Shown here one piece after another: positions 1 through 14,370 of a stretch of 64,000 bases of DNA. The position numbers and the translations under genes were made by a program. A model generated the notes under the pieces. It saw only the letters and a list, made by a program, of their open reading frames with translations, did no database searches and was not told where the DNA came from. The DNA lies in the NCBI GenBank assembly GCA_028534125.1, contig CM052817.1, positions 97,714,001-97,778,000 on the forward strand. Direction: 5' to 3'. The DNA comes from Lama glama. Taxonomy: Eukaryota. The first letter of the stretch is position 1. Each line of letters begins with the position of its first letter.

Positions 1-169
1 CCCTATAATATTACTGTTTTCTCAGTGAGATTTATGTTCACGATCCTGTACAAATGACAGGACGGATAATAGAAGTCTTATTTGTAGCCCAGATGCTTTA
101 AATGTGATAAACCAACTATTAATTGTTTTCAAGTATTGTGACTTTGTAACAACCTGGGCTTTGAAGGGA

Positions 170-370
170 GAGGAACTGCACCCTATTTCTGATTCTGACA
201 GTTACTATATTTTTTTTTACTTCAGGTAATTTTGAAAACACTCTAAGCCTAAGTTTCATTGTCTATAAAGTGAATATAAAAATGGTATTGATATCCAAAG
301 GCTATTGTGAGTGTCAGCTGCAATTATGCACATAAAGTACTTGTAAGGGCTCTAGCATGTAGCAAGAGAA
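170..370 (+). mobile_element. MIR SINE remnant
   Basis: Core-like 'ctctaagcctaagtttcattgtctataaagtg...gctattgtgag...taaagtactt'. Confidence 0.55.
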
Positions 371-1829
371 CAAACGTTTTTCTGAGATTATGATCATGGG
401 GAATTACATTTTCTAGGGTATGAAAAAAATGGTGATGCTGAGAGTTCAATGTAATTTTATTGAACTGAGCTTCCACACTCAGTGGGGCAATTAAAAATTG
501 TCTATGCCTATTTACTTTTCCTAAGTGGTTTTAAAAATTAAAAATGATCACTTAAAAAACAATGCATGCTTTCTTTAAATGAAATTCCACATAGATGGAC
601 CATCTGTTTAGTCAAAATGAGGGTGAGGGCCAGTCTTACTTTCTGCAGTGGTTCTCCTATGACAAAAACCTAATAGTTTAGCAAAGTCCATGCTAAAAAC
701 TACCACACTTGGCTGATTTTTCCTATGTTTGCCGCTTGGTTTCTTTGTAGTCGTGCTTTGCCATGTGTGGTAAGCACTTGAAACTACATGTTATCCTAAA
801 TGTCCAATGTCATTTCTTGCCTACCTGCAGAGGTTACAGCTTCTTACTCTGTCTCCCTAATCCTATCCTGTGCTTTTGCTATTCAGCCTCTTTGCTCCAG
901 CTTGGGAGTGAAAGGATGTAAAGGGAATATAATTTAAGGGAAAAAAAACCTTAAAATGCCTTAATGTCTTATTGCAAATGTTTTATCTCAATTACAAAAT
1001 GAAATCCAATACGTTTCACCTTATTTGCTCAAGCAGACTGAGCTACATTTTCATCCCATCATTTTAAGTTTTAGAATTTGAGATTTCTCCAGATACATTC
1101 CAGGGAAGTGGGTGAAGGCATTGTCGGATGGTGAACACTGATGTTATTTCATTAACATATTTAGCCAAATCTTGATAAATCCGAATATACATTTCCTTAA
1201 ACCAAGAAGTTCCTTTCCTTGAATTCCTTTTCTGACTTCCAGAAATTTCCAGGGGTGTTGACTTGTGTTCATAAGATTTGCCTGGCTGTAGGTCTTCCTT
1301 TAGTCAGTCCAATCCAAACTTCACAGACTTAGAGTTGCTCCCCAGTTCTCCTGCCCTCAAGGCTTTGCCTCTGCTGTCACTGATGAGGCTGAGTGTCCCT
1401 TATATTTGGCATGAGGCGGCGGGGAAGGGGGCTCTTAAACCCTGCTCCTGAACCTGCGAAGTGTGAATAAAAACAGCTCTTGTGTGCTCTGGCGTAGGAA
1501 GGAGCTAAATGTTTGCTTGAACACATAAGTGCTAGAGTAGTTGGTGACAGCTCATGTAATGAAACAAAAATCAAATTATAAGAATATTTTTATTTTTATT
1601 TAAAAATTTGAAACAGTACAGACCCATATAGGTAAAAAAGGATGATCCCTCATTTTGTCCATTTTGTTCAAATCCTCTGTATATTTCTACTTCTTGTTTG
1701 TTTCTATATCATATATTTATTTACTTTTTATCAGAGATCTTAGAAGGAAAGGAGAGAGAATGAGGCAGAGGCAACACCTGGGAAGGTAATGAATGAAAAT
1801 ACACCAACTTTGCTTTGATTAGTGTTTTA

Positions 1830-3600
1830 TGACATATCTTTACCCATACTTTCATTTTCAGTATTTCTGGGTTTTTTTCTGTTATGTTGTAACTCTTATA
1901 ATTAATATACAGTTAGAATTTTAAAAAATGTAGTCTGAAGTTTTTTTCCTTTGATTGAAATATGTCATGCATTTAGGTTTAGTGTAATTACTAATATTTC
2001 AAGCTGTCCTGCATTTTCTTTTCTTTTCTTGTCTTTTCCTACTTTGGAAATTGTATTCTATATTATGTTTCCTTTCCTTTAGTGGTTTCCCTAGAAATTA
2101 TAATGTGAATAATTAATATATCAAAGTCTAATGTCAAACAAAATCTTTATCTCTCTCCTAGACAATACAACTCTTAAAAACCTATAATTCCATTTACTCA
2201 CCTTTTGATTTGTATTATTTTGCTAGGAATTTCAATTACACTTCTCTATACTGCACAGTACATTAATACTATTGTTGATTTTATATAGTCAAAACTCACT
2301 TAGATTTGATGAAATATTCATTTCTTTGCTGTTTATTCTTTCTTGTATCTCAGACCTGTTTGGGATCACTTTCCTTATATCTGAGGAATATCCTCTAGAA
2401 TGTTATTAGTGAATGTCTGCTAGTGAAAAACTTTCTCAATTTTTATTTATGAGAAAAATGCCATTATTTTTCCCTTTTGAAAAGTATTTTCTATGGACAT
2501 AGAATTCTAGATTGGCAGTCACTTGTTTTCTGCCCATTGAAAGTACCATTCCATTGGCTTTGGTTTCATTGAAGCTGTTAAGAAATTAGATGTCAGTCTG
2601 TTGCTTTCTTGAAAGAATTTTTTCCCTCTGGCTTTTTTTTTTTTTTAACATCATCTCTTTGTCTTTGGTGGTGTGCTGCTTTTCAATAATGTGAAATTTC
2701 TTCTGATGAGGATGTGTTTGGCTTTTTAAATCTGTAGATTGATGTCTCCTATCATTTCTAGAATATTTTCAGCCATTATTTTCCCAGATATTGTCTCTGC
2801 CTCATTCTCCCCCTCTTTCCTTCTGAAGCTTTGATAGAAAATATGTTAACATGCTAACTGTGTCCTCAATCGCTCTTGAATTTTCTTTCATTTCCTCTCG
2901 CTTCTTTACTTCTTTATATTGCATTGCAGACAGTTTATTTTTCCTGACCTGTCTTCCAGTTCTCAATTTTTTTCAGCTATGTTTAATCTGCTCACAAACA
3001 CATCAGTTGAGTTTTAAAATTTAAGCAGATACATTTTTTATTTCTAAAGTATCTCTTTTATTCTTTTTTTTAGGTCTGTGGGTCACTTTTTATAGCACCC
3101 ACAGGTAAGTTAATTCTTCTCTTCAAAAGGCATTCAATAATTTAGAGCTAATTATTCAAAGATCTGAAATCTCAGTTTGTTTTGGCTTTTTTTGGTGGTT
3201 GTTTTTCTCATAATGCCTTGATTTGATGTGTGCATAGTAAGCTTTAATCTTGAGTTGTTTATTTTCTTTGGGAAATTATTTATGGGAATTTTCGAGTCCA
3301 TGGATGAAGACAAATTCCTCTAAAAATCTGGAAAGTATATTTGTTTGTTTCTGCCATATACCTGAGAGAACTATGTCTGGGGACCATTTTAAACTATATT
3401 TATAGTCTTAAGTCTTTTGGAGCACACAAGTGATACAAATTTGAGCTACAAATGTATTACAACTTCTCAGGGAAGATTTATCCTTTTTGCTCCCCTTAAT
3501 ACCAAGGCAGGTTTTCTTGTAGCCTCTTGGAAGTGGGGAGGGAGGGATGAGCTTACTGCTAACTCACTCTTACTGAGGATGTGGCCACTTGAGGTCGCAG
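1830..3600 (-). mobile_element. Ancient, highly degenerate L1 (L1M-type) fragment
   Basis: T-rich antisense L1-like text, e.g. 'ggacatagaattctagattggcag', 'ttttcagccattatttt..agatattgtctctgc'. Confidence 0.65.
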
Positions 3601-3959
3601 ATTATTGGTTGACAAGAATCTCTTACTGATGTCGTAAATTGGATTAACCTTGTGCTTTCTTTTCAATCCCGTGACTCTATGAGGCTGCAAAAATGAAGTT
3701 CAAGTTCCAGAAATTCTGTAATCATAGGTTTGTTTATAAATCTCTTGGGTCTATGACATAACCTTTAGTCATGCCTGATTAACTTTTTTGTTAATCCTTA
3801 GAAGTGGGGTTGGATGGCAAATGGCATAAGCTAAATATCTGTTTTATGTGTTTGAATTAAATGCATTGTGGACTTTACAGCTTTCCCTATATGTTTTGAG
3901 TGCTATTTTTCTATAATTCTTATCCCAGGGCTTAGAATTGGTTAGCTTCCAACTCATTC

Positions 3960-5650
3960 TATAGGATGGAAAAATCTTACTACTGATTCCAGAAAAAGAT
4001 AAATGCAAGAATGATAATGAAAGATAAGTTTATATATGGATACAGATGCAAAAGTCCAAAGTAAAATAACAGCAAACTGAAGCATCAGTATTTAAATCAT
4101 CATATGTCATAAACAAGGAGGTTTATTCCCAGGTTTGCAACTATGGTTCAACATTAGGAAAGTTACCAGTGTGATTCATTCTACCAACAAATTATAAGTG
4201 TGTGTATGGAGGAGATCACTCAATAGATACTGAAAAATTGATAACATCTCTTAGCAATATAGAAATAAAGAGAAAATCCTTTAATCAATGTGTATTTATA
4301 AAAGACTGTAAGTATATGCTTTACTTAATGGTAAAATACTAGAAATGTTCATATTACAGCCAAGCACAAGGCAAAAACTTTCACTACAAGTGGTAGTATT
4401 CCACACTAGATGAGAAATCCTGTTTAATTCAATAAATTAAAAATTTCATTCTATGTATAAATCACATAAGGTTTATCCTTTTATCTTATTATTTATATAT
4501 GTTATACTACATATGATAGTTTTCATGTTATGTAGTACATGATTATATAAATATATATAAATCTTTCTCTCTATAGAATATAAATATAATATATGTAATA
4601 AATATAAATATAATGCCATTGATGCAAAAGAAATGAATAGACTAATGGCACTCAAATATATTCTTCAAATTAATTCATGCATATATAAACATTTAATATA
4701 TATAATAAAAGTGGCCTTTGAGTTTATCTGAGGAATGCCTTCCTAAATAAGGCAGAAAAATCTAGAATCTAAAAAGGAAAAAAAAAGAGAAGTTTGATTT
4801 TTATAAATCAATAAACAAACAAAAAATGAACATGTTAAAAGGTAAACCAATTTAAAAGACAAGCAGTAGCCTAGAATTAAAAATATGTAGATATGTGTAT
4901 ATAATAAAATTATTGCTTAAATAAAAATATGTATGTATGTGTGTATAACAAAGAGTATATAAAAACCAATTAGAATTTAAATCGCTTGATAAAGAGAAGA
5001 GTAAAACATATAAAACACAAAAAAAATGTATGAACTTTTGAAATAATACTTACTCTGCTATGAAAGTCAGGGAAATGAATTAGAACAGCTGTGATGTATG
5101 TAACATCTCCCCCAAAGGAGAAAAAAGGGAACAAGTGTGATAATACCCAGGATTGGTGAATTTGTTGGGAAACGGTGACCCTGAACACACTGTTTGTGGG
5201 AGTACGAATTGCTTAAGCCTCTTGAAGAAACTCTGAACATCTTTATCAAATTAAAAAAAAAACAAATTTAACATTTGAACCAAATTTTAACCTCTGTGCA
5301 CACAGGTGCAGATATATGTACTTACATATTTACCTAAGCAGAGCTTGTAATTGAGAATAATTAAGACTAGCCTAAATGTAAATCAATAATTAAATGGTTA
5401 AATATCAGCTTTATGTAATGGATATTCTGCCACATTTAAAAGGATTTAGAAAGTATATATAAGACATCATTTCGAGTGAGAAAAAAATGACGTTTTCAGG
5501 ACAATGTGTATGATATAATTTTCTTTACAAAAATACTTATTATATACATACAAATTTTGTACTTAAATGCACGTGCTAAAGCATCAGAAATGCACATCTG
5601 GGTAATAAAACTAATGTGGGATTTCAGGGGACTAGTGTGTGAAAGTATGA
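3960..5650 (+). mobile_element. Ancient L1 ORF2/3' fragment
   Basis: ORF2 RT-region remnants 'atacagatgcaaaagtcc', 'ggtttattcccaggtttgcaactatggttcaacattagg'; A-rich. Confidence 0.65.
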
Positions 5651-6849
5651 AAGGGAGACTCAGATGAAGAAACAGAGAACAAGGGGTGTCACGTCCAACA
5701 GTTTAGCTTTTGTTTCATGGCTTGTTTTGTTTCTTGATACATCAAGGGCAACTTCTGAGCTCTGCCTGTAGATCTTCCTACATCTGGTCCTTCTTCCCTT
5801 GGGAGGAAAAAGCCTTTTCTCAGAAACAGACTGAAGCAGATCGACAAAGGAATCTCTACGGATGGAAACATGAGGGGTGATAAGGAGTATGGTGATTAAA
5901 TATGTTCATCAACCCAAGTGCTAGAAGTACATTTGGGATTAGAACATGGTTAGAAAGCTTTTTTGTTCTGGAACTGGGTGAAATACAATTTTTAAAGTCA
6001 CATCAGCCCATAACAGAATAAAATGGGAATACTAAACAAATTGAAGTGCAAATATGTATGATTCAGATTCTGTTTTTGCAAAAATGATTTTTTTGTTTTT
6101 TACTGAGATTGCTAGCTGTTCAAATAACTATCCATGCCTCTGAATAGGTAGTTGGATTGTTGGGAAGTCATTCAAAATATCCCTGGGCTGTGTTCAGTGT
6201 ACTGGTTGGGTTCAGATTATATTTGGCCATCGTTTTTGACAATCTTTGACAGAAGCCTTTCTTCCATTTTAATTTTACTGGTAGGTGTTTGAACCTAATT
6301 ACCTAGTTAATTCATTAATGGGTTCACTGTGCATTTACTGACCGCATGTTCTGTACCAGATACCATACTGGGGATGAGGGGGTGAATAAGATAATAATGG
6401 TCCCTGTCATTATGAAGTTTTCAGTCTAATGGACTTTGGTAGAACAGTACAATGTCCCCTTATCAGAATTTTTTGGGTAAGTTTTTATATTGTGCATAAA
6501 ATTAATATATAGTGTCAATGCAAAATGCAGGAAAAGATAAGGATGAACAGAATAGATGGAAAATGGTATCTCTTATTCCCACCTCTTGCAGATAACAATT
6601 GTTAAAGTGTGGACAGATTGCTCTCAAATTCTTTTTTGAAGATGTGGAGATCTATGTGTCAATGCCTGTATACCTTTACCCATCTATTTGTTATCTATTC
6701 GTCCATTTATTCCTCATCACACAGGTGCACACAGAAACACACATACACAACCATTTTGTTAAATGAATAAAATTAAAAGAATACAAAGAGTATTGTTGGT
6801 TAGTCTACATCTTTATGTACATTTAAATCATTCCTTTTTGAAAAATGAT

Positions 6850-7945
6850 TCACATTAAGGTCCTTGAAGTCATGTGATGTCTTAAATCAAAACCTCAATT
6901 TCCCAGTCAATCAAAGCTGCTTCTCTCTATTCAAGTAGTTTCTTACCCATGTGGCTCAAGGATCCACAGCGAGGAAGGTGAGCATGATTTTACCAAACTT
7001 CCCTCCTCAGCCTGCTCTTGGACTCCCCACTGTTCGGGCAAGGGAGGGGGAATTAGAGGAAAAGAGACAAAATCTTAAATGACTAGTATTATTTTAGTTC
7101 TCTCTGATGGTGAGCCATTCCCATCATTTAAAAAAGTGTTCAAATATTTACACTGATTGGGGTGGATTTCTAGCTCTTTAAAGTCAGTGCACATCTGTGT
7201 ATGTAACACACACACACACACACAAAGTTGTGCTCTACATTGCTTCCTCAAACATCTAACTTCTTAACATGTCCTTCCTCCCTGCATCAAAAGCTCCTGA
7301 TCAGAAGAACACCCAACAACCTCTCACTGTTCCTCTCGGATGGGCCACATCCATCATTCCACTCAGCCCTCAGGAATCTTGTGCATCCTTGCCTTTCTAA
7401 ATGGTGGAAGTGCCAGCTGCTCCTTCCAACTGTCCTTTGTTCTTGCCTCGCTAACTCAGGTGACTCCAGCCCATTGCCCACTTTCAGACTGAGAAGCAGT
7501 TTCCAGTCCCCCCAGATTCTGAGAGAGAGACAACAACCCCATCAAGACTCTCGCTCTATTTCCAGTCCTACGCAGCGTCAGGACCTACTATTCCACAGGG
7601 CTGGGGCTCATGAGTGATGCCAGTGTCTCTATCTTGTGGATGCCCTGTTCCTCAGTGGCAGTTTCCTTTTAGAGAATTTGAGGGAGGGTTTGAAGGGAAG
7701 GGAAAATGCCACTACTCTGTGAGTCTGATGAATCTTCTCTCTTAAAGATGCTCTTTAATTTGCTTTTGAACTTTAGACTTCACTTAAGTAGGTTAGAGGT
7801 GGTAGTTGAAGTTGATAGTTGCTGGACCTGTCCTACCCTTATCACTGAACCTCCACGGATAGGTCTAGCGTCTCTCTTTAGAATGTGCAGTTATTTATAA
7901 CCCATTGTTCTCAGGTTTGGGGATGCAGCCAAAACTCTAAGACAA
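6850..7945. mobile_element. Possible old solo LTR (LTR78/79-like)
   Basis: More GC-rich block ending '...ggtttggggatgcagccaaaactctaagaca'; family assignment uncertain. Confidence 0.3.
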
Positions 7946-7977
7946 CAGGAAGAGTCCCATTCAAATGCCTGTTATAT

Positions 7978-7982
<5 letters not shown>

Positions 7983-8014
<32 letters not shown>
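7983..8014. repeat. (TG)n microsatellite
   Basis: Direct reading. Confidence 0.95.
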
Positions 8015-8020
<6 letters not shown>

Positions 8021-9339
8021 CACACACAGACACAAAGTTGGCTTCACATTGCTTATGCAGTGCCTTTTAACTTTTTAAAACTTATATCATGTGCATTTAA
8101 TCATGTCATTACCTTTCTTTGAAAGTAAGTATTAACAGTTTCATATTATTTCATCTAATAAAAGTGTCATAATTTATTTTCCTTTTTAGGTGTTTAAAAT
8201 GTTTTGTCTTTCTATTTGATCATAACAGTATTACCTCCTCATTAAACATATTTGGAAAATACAGAAAAGTACCTAGAAGACAACAATATCATTTGTATTC
8301 CCATGAAAAAGAACTACCTACATTGTTGTATGTTACCTTCTAGGCTTTCTCCCCCTGAATAGATAGAGACAGATAGATATATGAATATATAGAGATATCT
8401 ATGAATATATATGCACATATACCTATGTGTATTATGCAGTTTTAATATCTTAATACTTTGTATTACCATACATCTGCATTTAAAAATAAATAGGGTTTCT
8501 ACTGTATCTAGTTTTGTATCATGTTTTTACTTTCTATTATATTTTGATCGCCATATTTGAAATGATTTAAACATCTACCTTTTTATTACCATAAAATCAT
8601 ATATATTAATTACAGAAAATTTAGAAGAAATAGATGAGTGAAAAAGAAAGTAGTCACAATAATATTAACTTTTTGGTGTTTATCATTCTGAATCTATCAA
8701 ATAGCTTTCTGATAGAAATGAGGTCATGATAACCTGACTATGCAAATCTCAGTAGCTCTAGAACACATTAGTCTTCTGCAAAGTTCTCTCTCCTGTCCCC
8801 ACCCTCGCCACTTCTTTATGGCTCTCCTCACATTAGATTGCTAATCATTCCACTTCTACTGCTCACTTATCCACTGGTGACTGTGATGTTGAGATGAGAG
8901 AACCTGGCGGGTGGGTGTGGTGCGAGCCACGTGCTCTAGGACCCAGAACTACGCCTTTTTGCCCACCTGGGAGCTCAATCCAGTTTTACTCCTGTTCTCC
9001 TCAGGATTCTCTTCAGGGACCTCATAGTTCTGCCCTGAAGTCTGGCCTCTGTACTATCACCCTTCCACCTCCCATGGTCTGAGACTTATGTCTGCCTTTA
9101 TGTGCAATTTAATTGTGGATACAATTGAAAAAAATCACCCCTTCCCAGGGTTTGCTTCAGCCCTGCTGTAATTCATGAGAGTTGCTAGGGGGAAGTTGAC
9201 ACTGGTAATACTTGGTTACACATACAAGATAATTTTTATAAAACACATTATATTTTATACCATGTGCTTTTCTGGGTAAGTTTATTATAAAACACTTTGT
9301 AGATTTAAATATTGTTATCTGTATATGTATGTGTACATG

Positions 9340-10537
9340 ATGGTTTTAAAAATGTGTGTACGGATCCTTTGACACACCTCTACTCAAGAGGTGCAGCCTA
9401 ACATGAAAAAATGCTCAATATCACTAGTTACCAGAGAAATGCAGATCAAAGCTAATTAGGTATCACCTCACACCAGTCAGAATGGCCATCATTCAAAAGT
9501 CCACAAATGATAAATACTGGAGAGGATATGGAGAAAAGGGAACCTTCCCACTCTGTTGGCAAAAATGTAGTTTGGTGAAGCCATAATGGAAAACAGTAAG
9601 GAGATTCCTCAGAAAACTAAAAATAGATTTACCATATGATCCAGCAATCCCACTCCTGGGCATATACCTGGAGGGAACTCTAATTTGAAAAGATACATGT
9701 CCCCCAGTGTTCATAGCAGCACTATTTACAATAGCCAAGACATGGAAGCAACCTAAATGTCCATCAACAGATGACTGGATAAAGAAGCTGTAGTAATATT
9801 TATACAATGGAATACTAATCAACCATAAAAAAGGAATAAAATAATGTCATTTGCAGCAACATAGATGGACCTGGAGATCATCATTTAAGCAAAAGAAGCC
9901 AGAAAGAGAAAGAAAAATACCATATGATATCACTCATATATGGAATCTAAAAAAGATAAGAAAAAAGAAAAAAAAGAGGACACTAATGAACTCTCTCCAA
10001 AACAGAAACAGACTTGCAGACACTGTAAACAATCTTACAGTTACCAGGTGGGGGATAATTGAGTTTGGGAGTTTGGGAGATTTGTAGATGTTAACACTAT
10101 ATATAAAAATAGGTGAAGAACAAATTTCTTCTCTACAGCACAGGGAACTGTATTTAATGTCTTGTAGTAACCTTTAATGAAAAAGAATATGAAAATGAAT
10201 GTATGTGTGTATATGCATGACTGGGACATTGTGCTGCACACCAGAAACTGACACATTATAACTGACTGTACTTCAGTTAAAAAAGAAAAAAGACGTGTAG
10301 CCTAATTACTCATCCCCTGAATGTGGGCTGAGCTCAGTGACTTGCTTCTAGTGGTAGGACACCACTTGTAATATTAGATTATAAAAGACTGTGAACCCCT
10401 CTCGAGCCCTGCACCCCCCACACGGCTCTCCACTCTCTCAAAACTGACTCAAGGAAAATTTGAGAGTAAAAATGACTATTTTTCAAGCTGCTTAGTTTTG
10501 GGGGTGACTGGTTATACAGTAAAAGATAACTAACACA
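9340..10537 (+). mobile_element. MLT1 (MaLR) LTR interrupted by the L1 above
   Basis: 'cccctgaatgtgggctg...gtgacttgcttcta' and 3' end 'agttttgggggtgactggttatacagtaaaagataactaacaca'. Confidence 0.7.
9402..10289 (+). mobile_element. 5'-truncated L1 (ORF2 end + 3' UTR + A tail) with TSD
   Basis: Classic L1 3' motifs ('ccagcaatcccactcctgggcatatacc', 'gactggataaagaag'); TSD aagaggtgcagcctaa (9386-9401) / aagacgtgtagcctaa (10290-10305). Confidence 0.92.
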
Positions 10538-10572
10538 GGATAGATAGATGATAGATAGATAGATAGATAGAT
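10538..10572. repeat. (GATA)n microsatellite
   Basis: Direct reading. Confidence 0.9.
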
Positions 10573-10837
10573 CAATGATAGGCAGATAGATGAGTTATAA
10601 AGAAGTTATAAAATACAAACTTGTGACATAGCACTCAGTTTGCAACTTGCTTTACCACTCGGTATATCCTGAATACTATTGTATGACTTTAAATTTTAAC
10701 CTATTACATCATTTAAAAATAATCGCTAGCATTCTGTGATATAAATATAATTCCTTCAACCCCACAATACCAAATTTTGGATATTTAATTAATTTCTAAT
10801 GATTCCGAATTAATAGTGCTGTGACGAACTATACAAC

Positions 10838-13800
10838 TGTGTAGTCAGGATTCTTAATTGCATGCAACAAACGTTTTCTTGCAGATTTAAACAGAAAAAA
10901 GAGATTTATTAAAAAGGTATTAGGCCTGAAATTACTTCAAAATTAAAGGTAAAAATAAACCCTGAAAAACAAAAGAAAAGAAAAGATATTAAGACATGGA
11001 AAAATAACAGTGTATAGCTCTATGGAGTCTGAACAGCTGCAGAACATATAAATAATACCATAGAAACTGTCCCATGAGGAGAGTGAAAGTGAAACCACCT
11101 CAAAATCTTTACTGCTGGTCCCACTTCAGCAGCACCCCCTGGTCCTGCTGTCAGCCCTGCCACTCTTCCCCGGGAGCTCTCCTTGTTCCCGCTGCCACCA
11201 CTGCCCGGGGAGGGTTCTCTCTGTCTCTACTTCGTTCTGATGCTGCCTACTGAATCTGGGGTTGGCGGCCGTGACCGGTGGGGCCTTTGTCACAGGCCCC
11301 TGTCCTCCGAGGGAGAAGGGGAAAAACAACTTGGCAATTTTAGTTTCTGTACTGGGAGACAGGTTGAGTCTCTCACTGAGAAGGGAGTTTAGATGCTGAG
11401 AAGTGAAAAAGGGTACCAAACGCCCCCTGAGACCCACGTTGGCACGTGCAACCTTGACTTACATTCTTCCTCCAACGTTGAAAAAAAAAAATTCTTCCAA
11501 ATTAATGCAAGTCACCTTCATGTATCTAAAATGCATTCGCCTCCTCCCTCAAAGGGGAACACTGCAAAGTCTCATTCCTGACTGCATTCTGACAAATCCA
11601 CTTTTCTCCTAGTTGATTTACAATCCATTTATGTAAATGTATTATAATATTATGGATTTTAATAAATAATGTAAATTGAGTTGATTTACAATCCATATGA
11701 TCCTATGGGTCAAATGGAAAAGTTCTTTGCCACCAACGTATCCTCCACAAAATAGTTGGAGGGAGGGATAGGAAAGAAGAGGGAAGTCTAACTATATTAA
11801 CACAGGAAAGGTAGAAAACACAGGAAGTGGCAGTCCTCTTCGTATAACTAGTCATGATGCTTAAGTTTGGCAAGTAAGCCTTTTCTCTTCCACTCCTCAT
11901 TTCACATGTTTTTGAAGTATTTAGCCAGGACCTCAAATGTTCAAGAGTCTTTACCTGATGTGGTTTCCCAAACCTTCATTCTTGAGAATCGATGCCTTTG
12001 ATTCTTACCTACATAGACACTGTGGTCTCCCAATTAATTTGATCAATGGACAAATCAGACCAGGAAGGACCCCAGGACATGTTTGGGTTCTACCAATGTT
12101 TCTTACTTTCCCAGTTGTGCAGCGGCAATTCAAATCCCTCATGACAGTCAGGATCAATCTCAGAAGTCCACACCGTAATTCCCTTTATTGCCTGTTTACT
12201 TAGTGCACGAAGAGCCAGCATGGGCCAGGTGGTATTGTCAATTTACCAACGAATGAGTCCATTGTTGTATCTTCTGAAACACTGAGACCACCAAACTAAC
12301 AGCACCCAGAGTTTCATGGATGGAAATCTAAATCTTGAGAATGCCTCTATTTTGTACAGGACCTTCTGAAATCTAAGCCTTTTTTTTTGTTTTTTGTTTT
12401 AAACCCTTTTTTGTCAGTTAATCACAGACACCTCTCCATGATAGCTTAGTCAAGAATAATAGAAGCAGGGTTTAGTAGTGTGGCTCTAACCCTTACTTGT
12501 GCCTTCAGAACCTAACCAAGCTCAATTCTATATATCCGTTCCCATTTGATGATGGAGCACTTTGGAACATACCTGACTTTACAGACAAGTCGCGTAATAC
12601 AAAAATTCATCATGTGGAGTGGCATGTCCCAGCAGTCATGTGTTTAGTTGTAAACTGGTATCAGAGACAAACCAGGATCTATTATTCAAAATAAGCACAA
12701 GCACTTGAGAAAAGGGTAATGGGCTCTGCCCACAGATCTTAAAGATTCCTGGTACGAATCTCCCACTGGGGCTGGCCACCCTCTGAACCATTGGGTTTCC
12801 TGGGGATAGGAGCAAAGTAGTGAAGCTACCTCCAGTAGAGTCTGGTCAGTTGAAGAACCTTTTTCTCCTCTAAAGATCTTCCTTGAAACTGGCAGTCTCT
12901 AATATATCTCATAAACGCTCAGATGGCATATGCAAAAGTGGTTATGTTTTTCTCTCCTAAAACAGCAATGGTGCAAATGTCATGTTCTTTTTTAGGGGAT
13001 GTAAAATATTGTACTTTATCATTCACTTTGGGAGAGCCCGTGTTGCCCTGGAACCTCTGTATTTTTGTGCTTCTATCTCCTGTTTTCTGGCAAATGCGTA
13101 TTTTTACCCAGGTATATCTTACCTAGGGTTCTTACTATTTCCCAAGAACCAGAATGATATCTGTAAGGTGGTGAGAGAATCTGCTTCTGTAGAGTCCAAC
13201 TTATCTCTTATCAAGACTCATAAGATGTGAAATTTCCCATAGGTAGGAGTCTCAGGAGAGTGACAAGTGTCTGCTACAATAATGAATGATTCCTGTTAGG
13301 TCTGAATTTACAATCAAGGAAGATTAACAACTCAAAGCACTTAGTGATTTGAGTGAGGCTGAGCACTACAAGTACACTTGACAACCAGGCTCTTAAAAAG
13401 AAGACCATTAATGAAGTGCATCATTCAAATATGGAACCCCAAGGACTTCTTGTAGTCACTTCACCAAACCTTGACCCTGTGACAAGACAGACTTCAAAAT
13501 TTTTGGTTTGTCTTGTTCTGGTGTGGAAGAATGTGAATGCTTTTCTTTGAGGGCAAGTTCAGGTTTTCTGAACAGCACTAGGCTCCCATGGTCATTTGTC
13601 CTGGGGGCAAAGAGGCCCCCACTACACGGAATCTATCATGCTTTTCTCTGCTTTATAATGACAGGGACAGTTTCAACATGGTCAATTCCTTGTCTCAGCA
13701 GAGGTGGGGAAATAGTGCCAGAACTGTCAGTTTGTCCATCCTTTATTAAAAATTCCCTGCCTACTGTTTCCTGCTTATGCAACAAATTCTCCATCTTTTT

Positions 13801-13880
13801 TCTTGTTTGCCCAGTCCAATCTTTTGGAATTTGTGTATCTCTCTTCATACACATTTCCCTGAAGACTTTCCAAGGATAAT
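10838..13880 (-). mobile_element. ERVL-class remnant: LTR33-like LTR followed by degenerate internal sequence
   Basis: 'tgtgtagtcaggattcttaattgcatgcaac...agatttattaaaaagg' resembles the LTR33-type terminus; downstream sequence loosely resembles antisense ERVL internal region; no intact ORF. Confidence 0.45.
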
Positions 13881-13950
13881 ACATAAGCATAGCTGTTAAT
13901 TTTTTAAGAAATAACACTCAGGGAATGCCACATTTAAAACATTAAAAATT

Positions 13951-14370
13951 TTTTTATTTAGGTATAGTCAGTTTACAATGAGTCAATTTCTGGCGTACAG
14001 CATAATGTTTCAATGATATATAATATATATTCCTTTTCATATTCTTTTTCATTCTAGGTTATTATAAGATATTGAATATAGTTCCCTGTGCTATACAGTA
14101 GGACCTTGTTGTTTATCTGTTTTTATATATAGTAGTTAGTATCTGCAATTCCCAAACTCCCAATTTATCCTTCCACCCCTCGTTTACTTCCCTGATAACT
14201 ATAGGTTTGTTTTCTATGTCTGTGAATCTGTTTCTGTTTTGTAAATAAGTTCCTTTGTGTCATTTTCTTAGATTCCACATATAACGATATCATATGGTAT
14301 TTTTCTTTCTCTTTCTGGTTTATTTTATGTAGTATGACAATCTCCAGGTCCATCCATGTTGCTGCATGGA
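13951..14370 (-). mobile_element. L1 3' UTR fragment (camelid/artiodactyl-type)
   Basis: Poly-T start, 'gaatatagttccctgtgctatacagtaggaccttgttg', 'ctccaggtccatccatgttgctgc'. Confidence 0.9.

Noticed and set aside
9850..14370. Oppositely oriented L1 3' UTR pair as a special dsRNA structure
   Set aside because: Independent, fairly diverged insertions of a common family; ordinary in mammalian DNA
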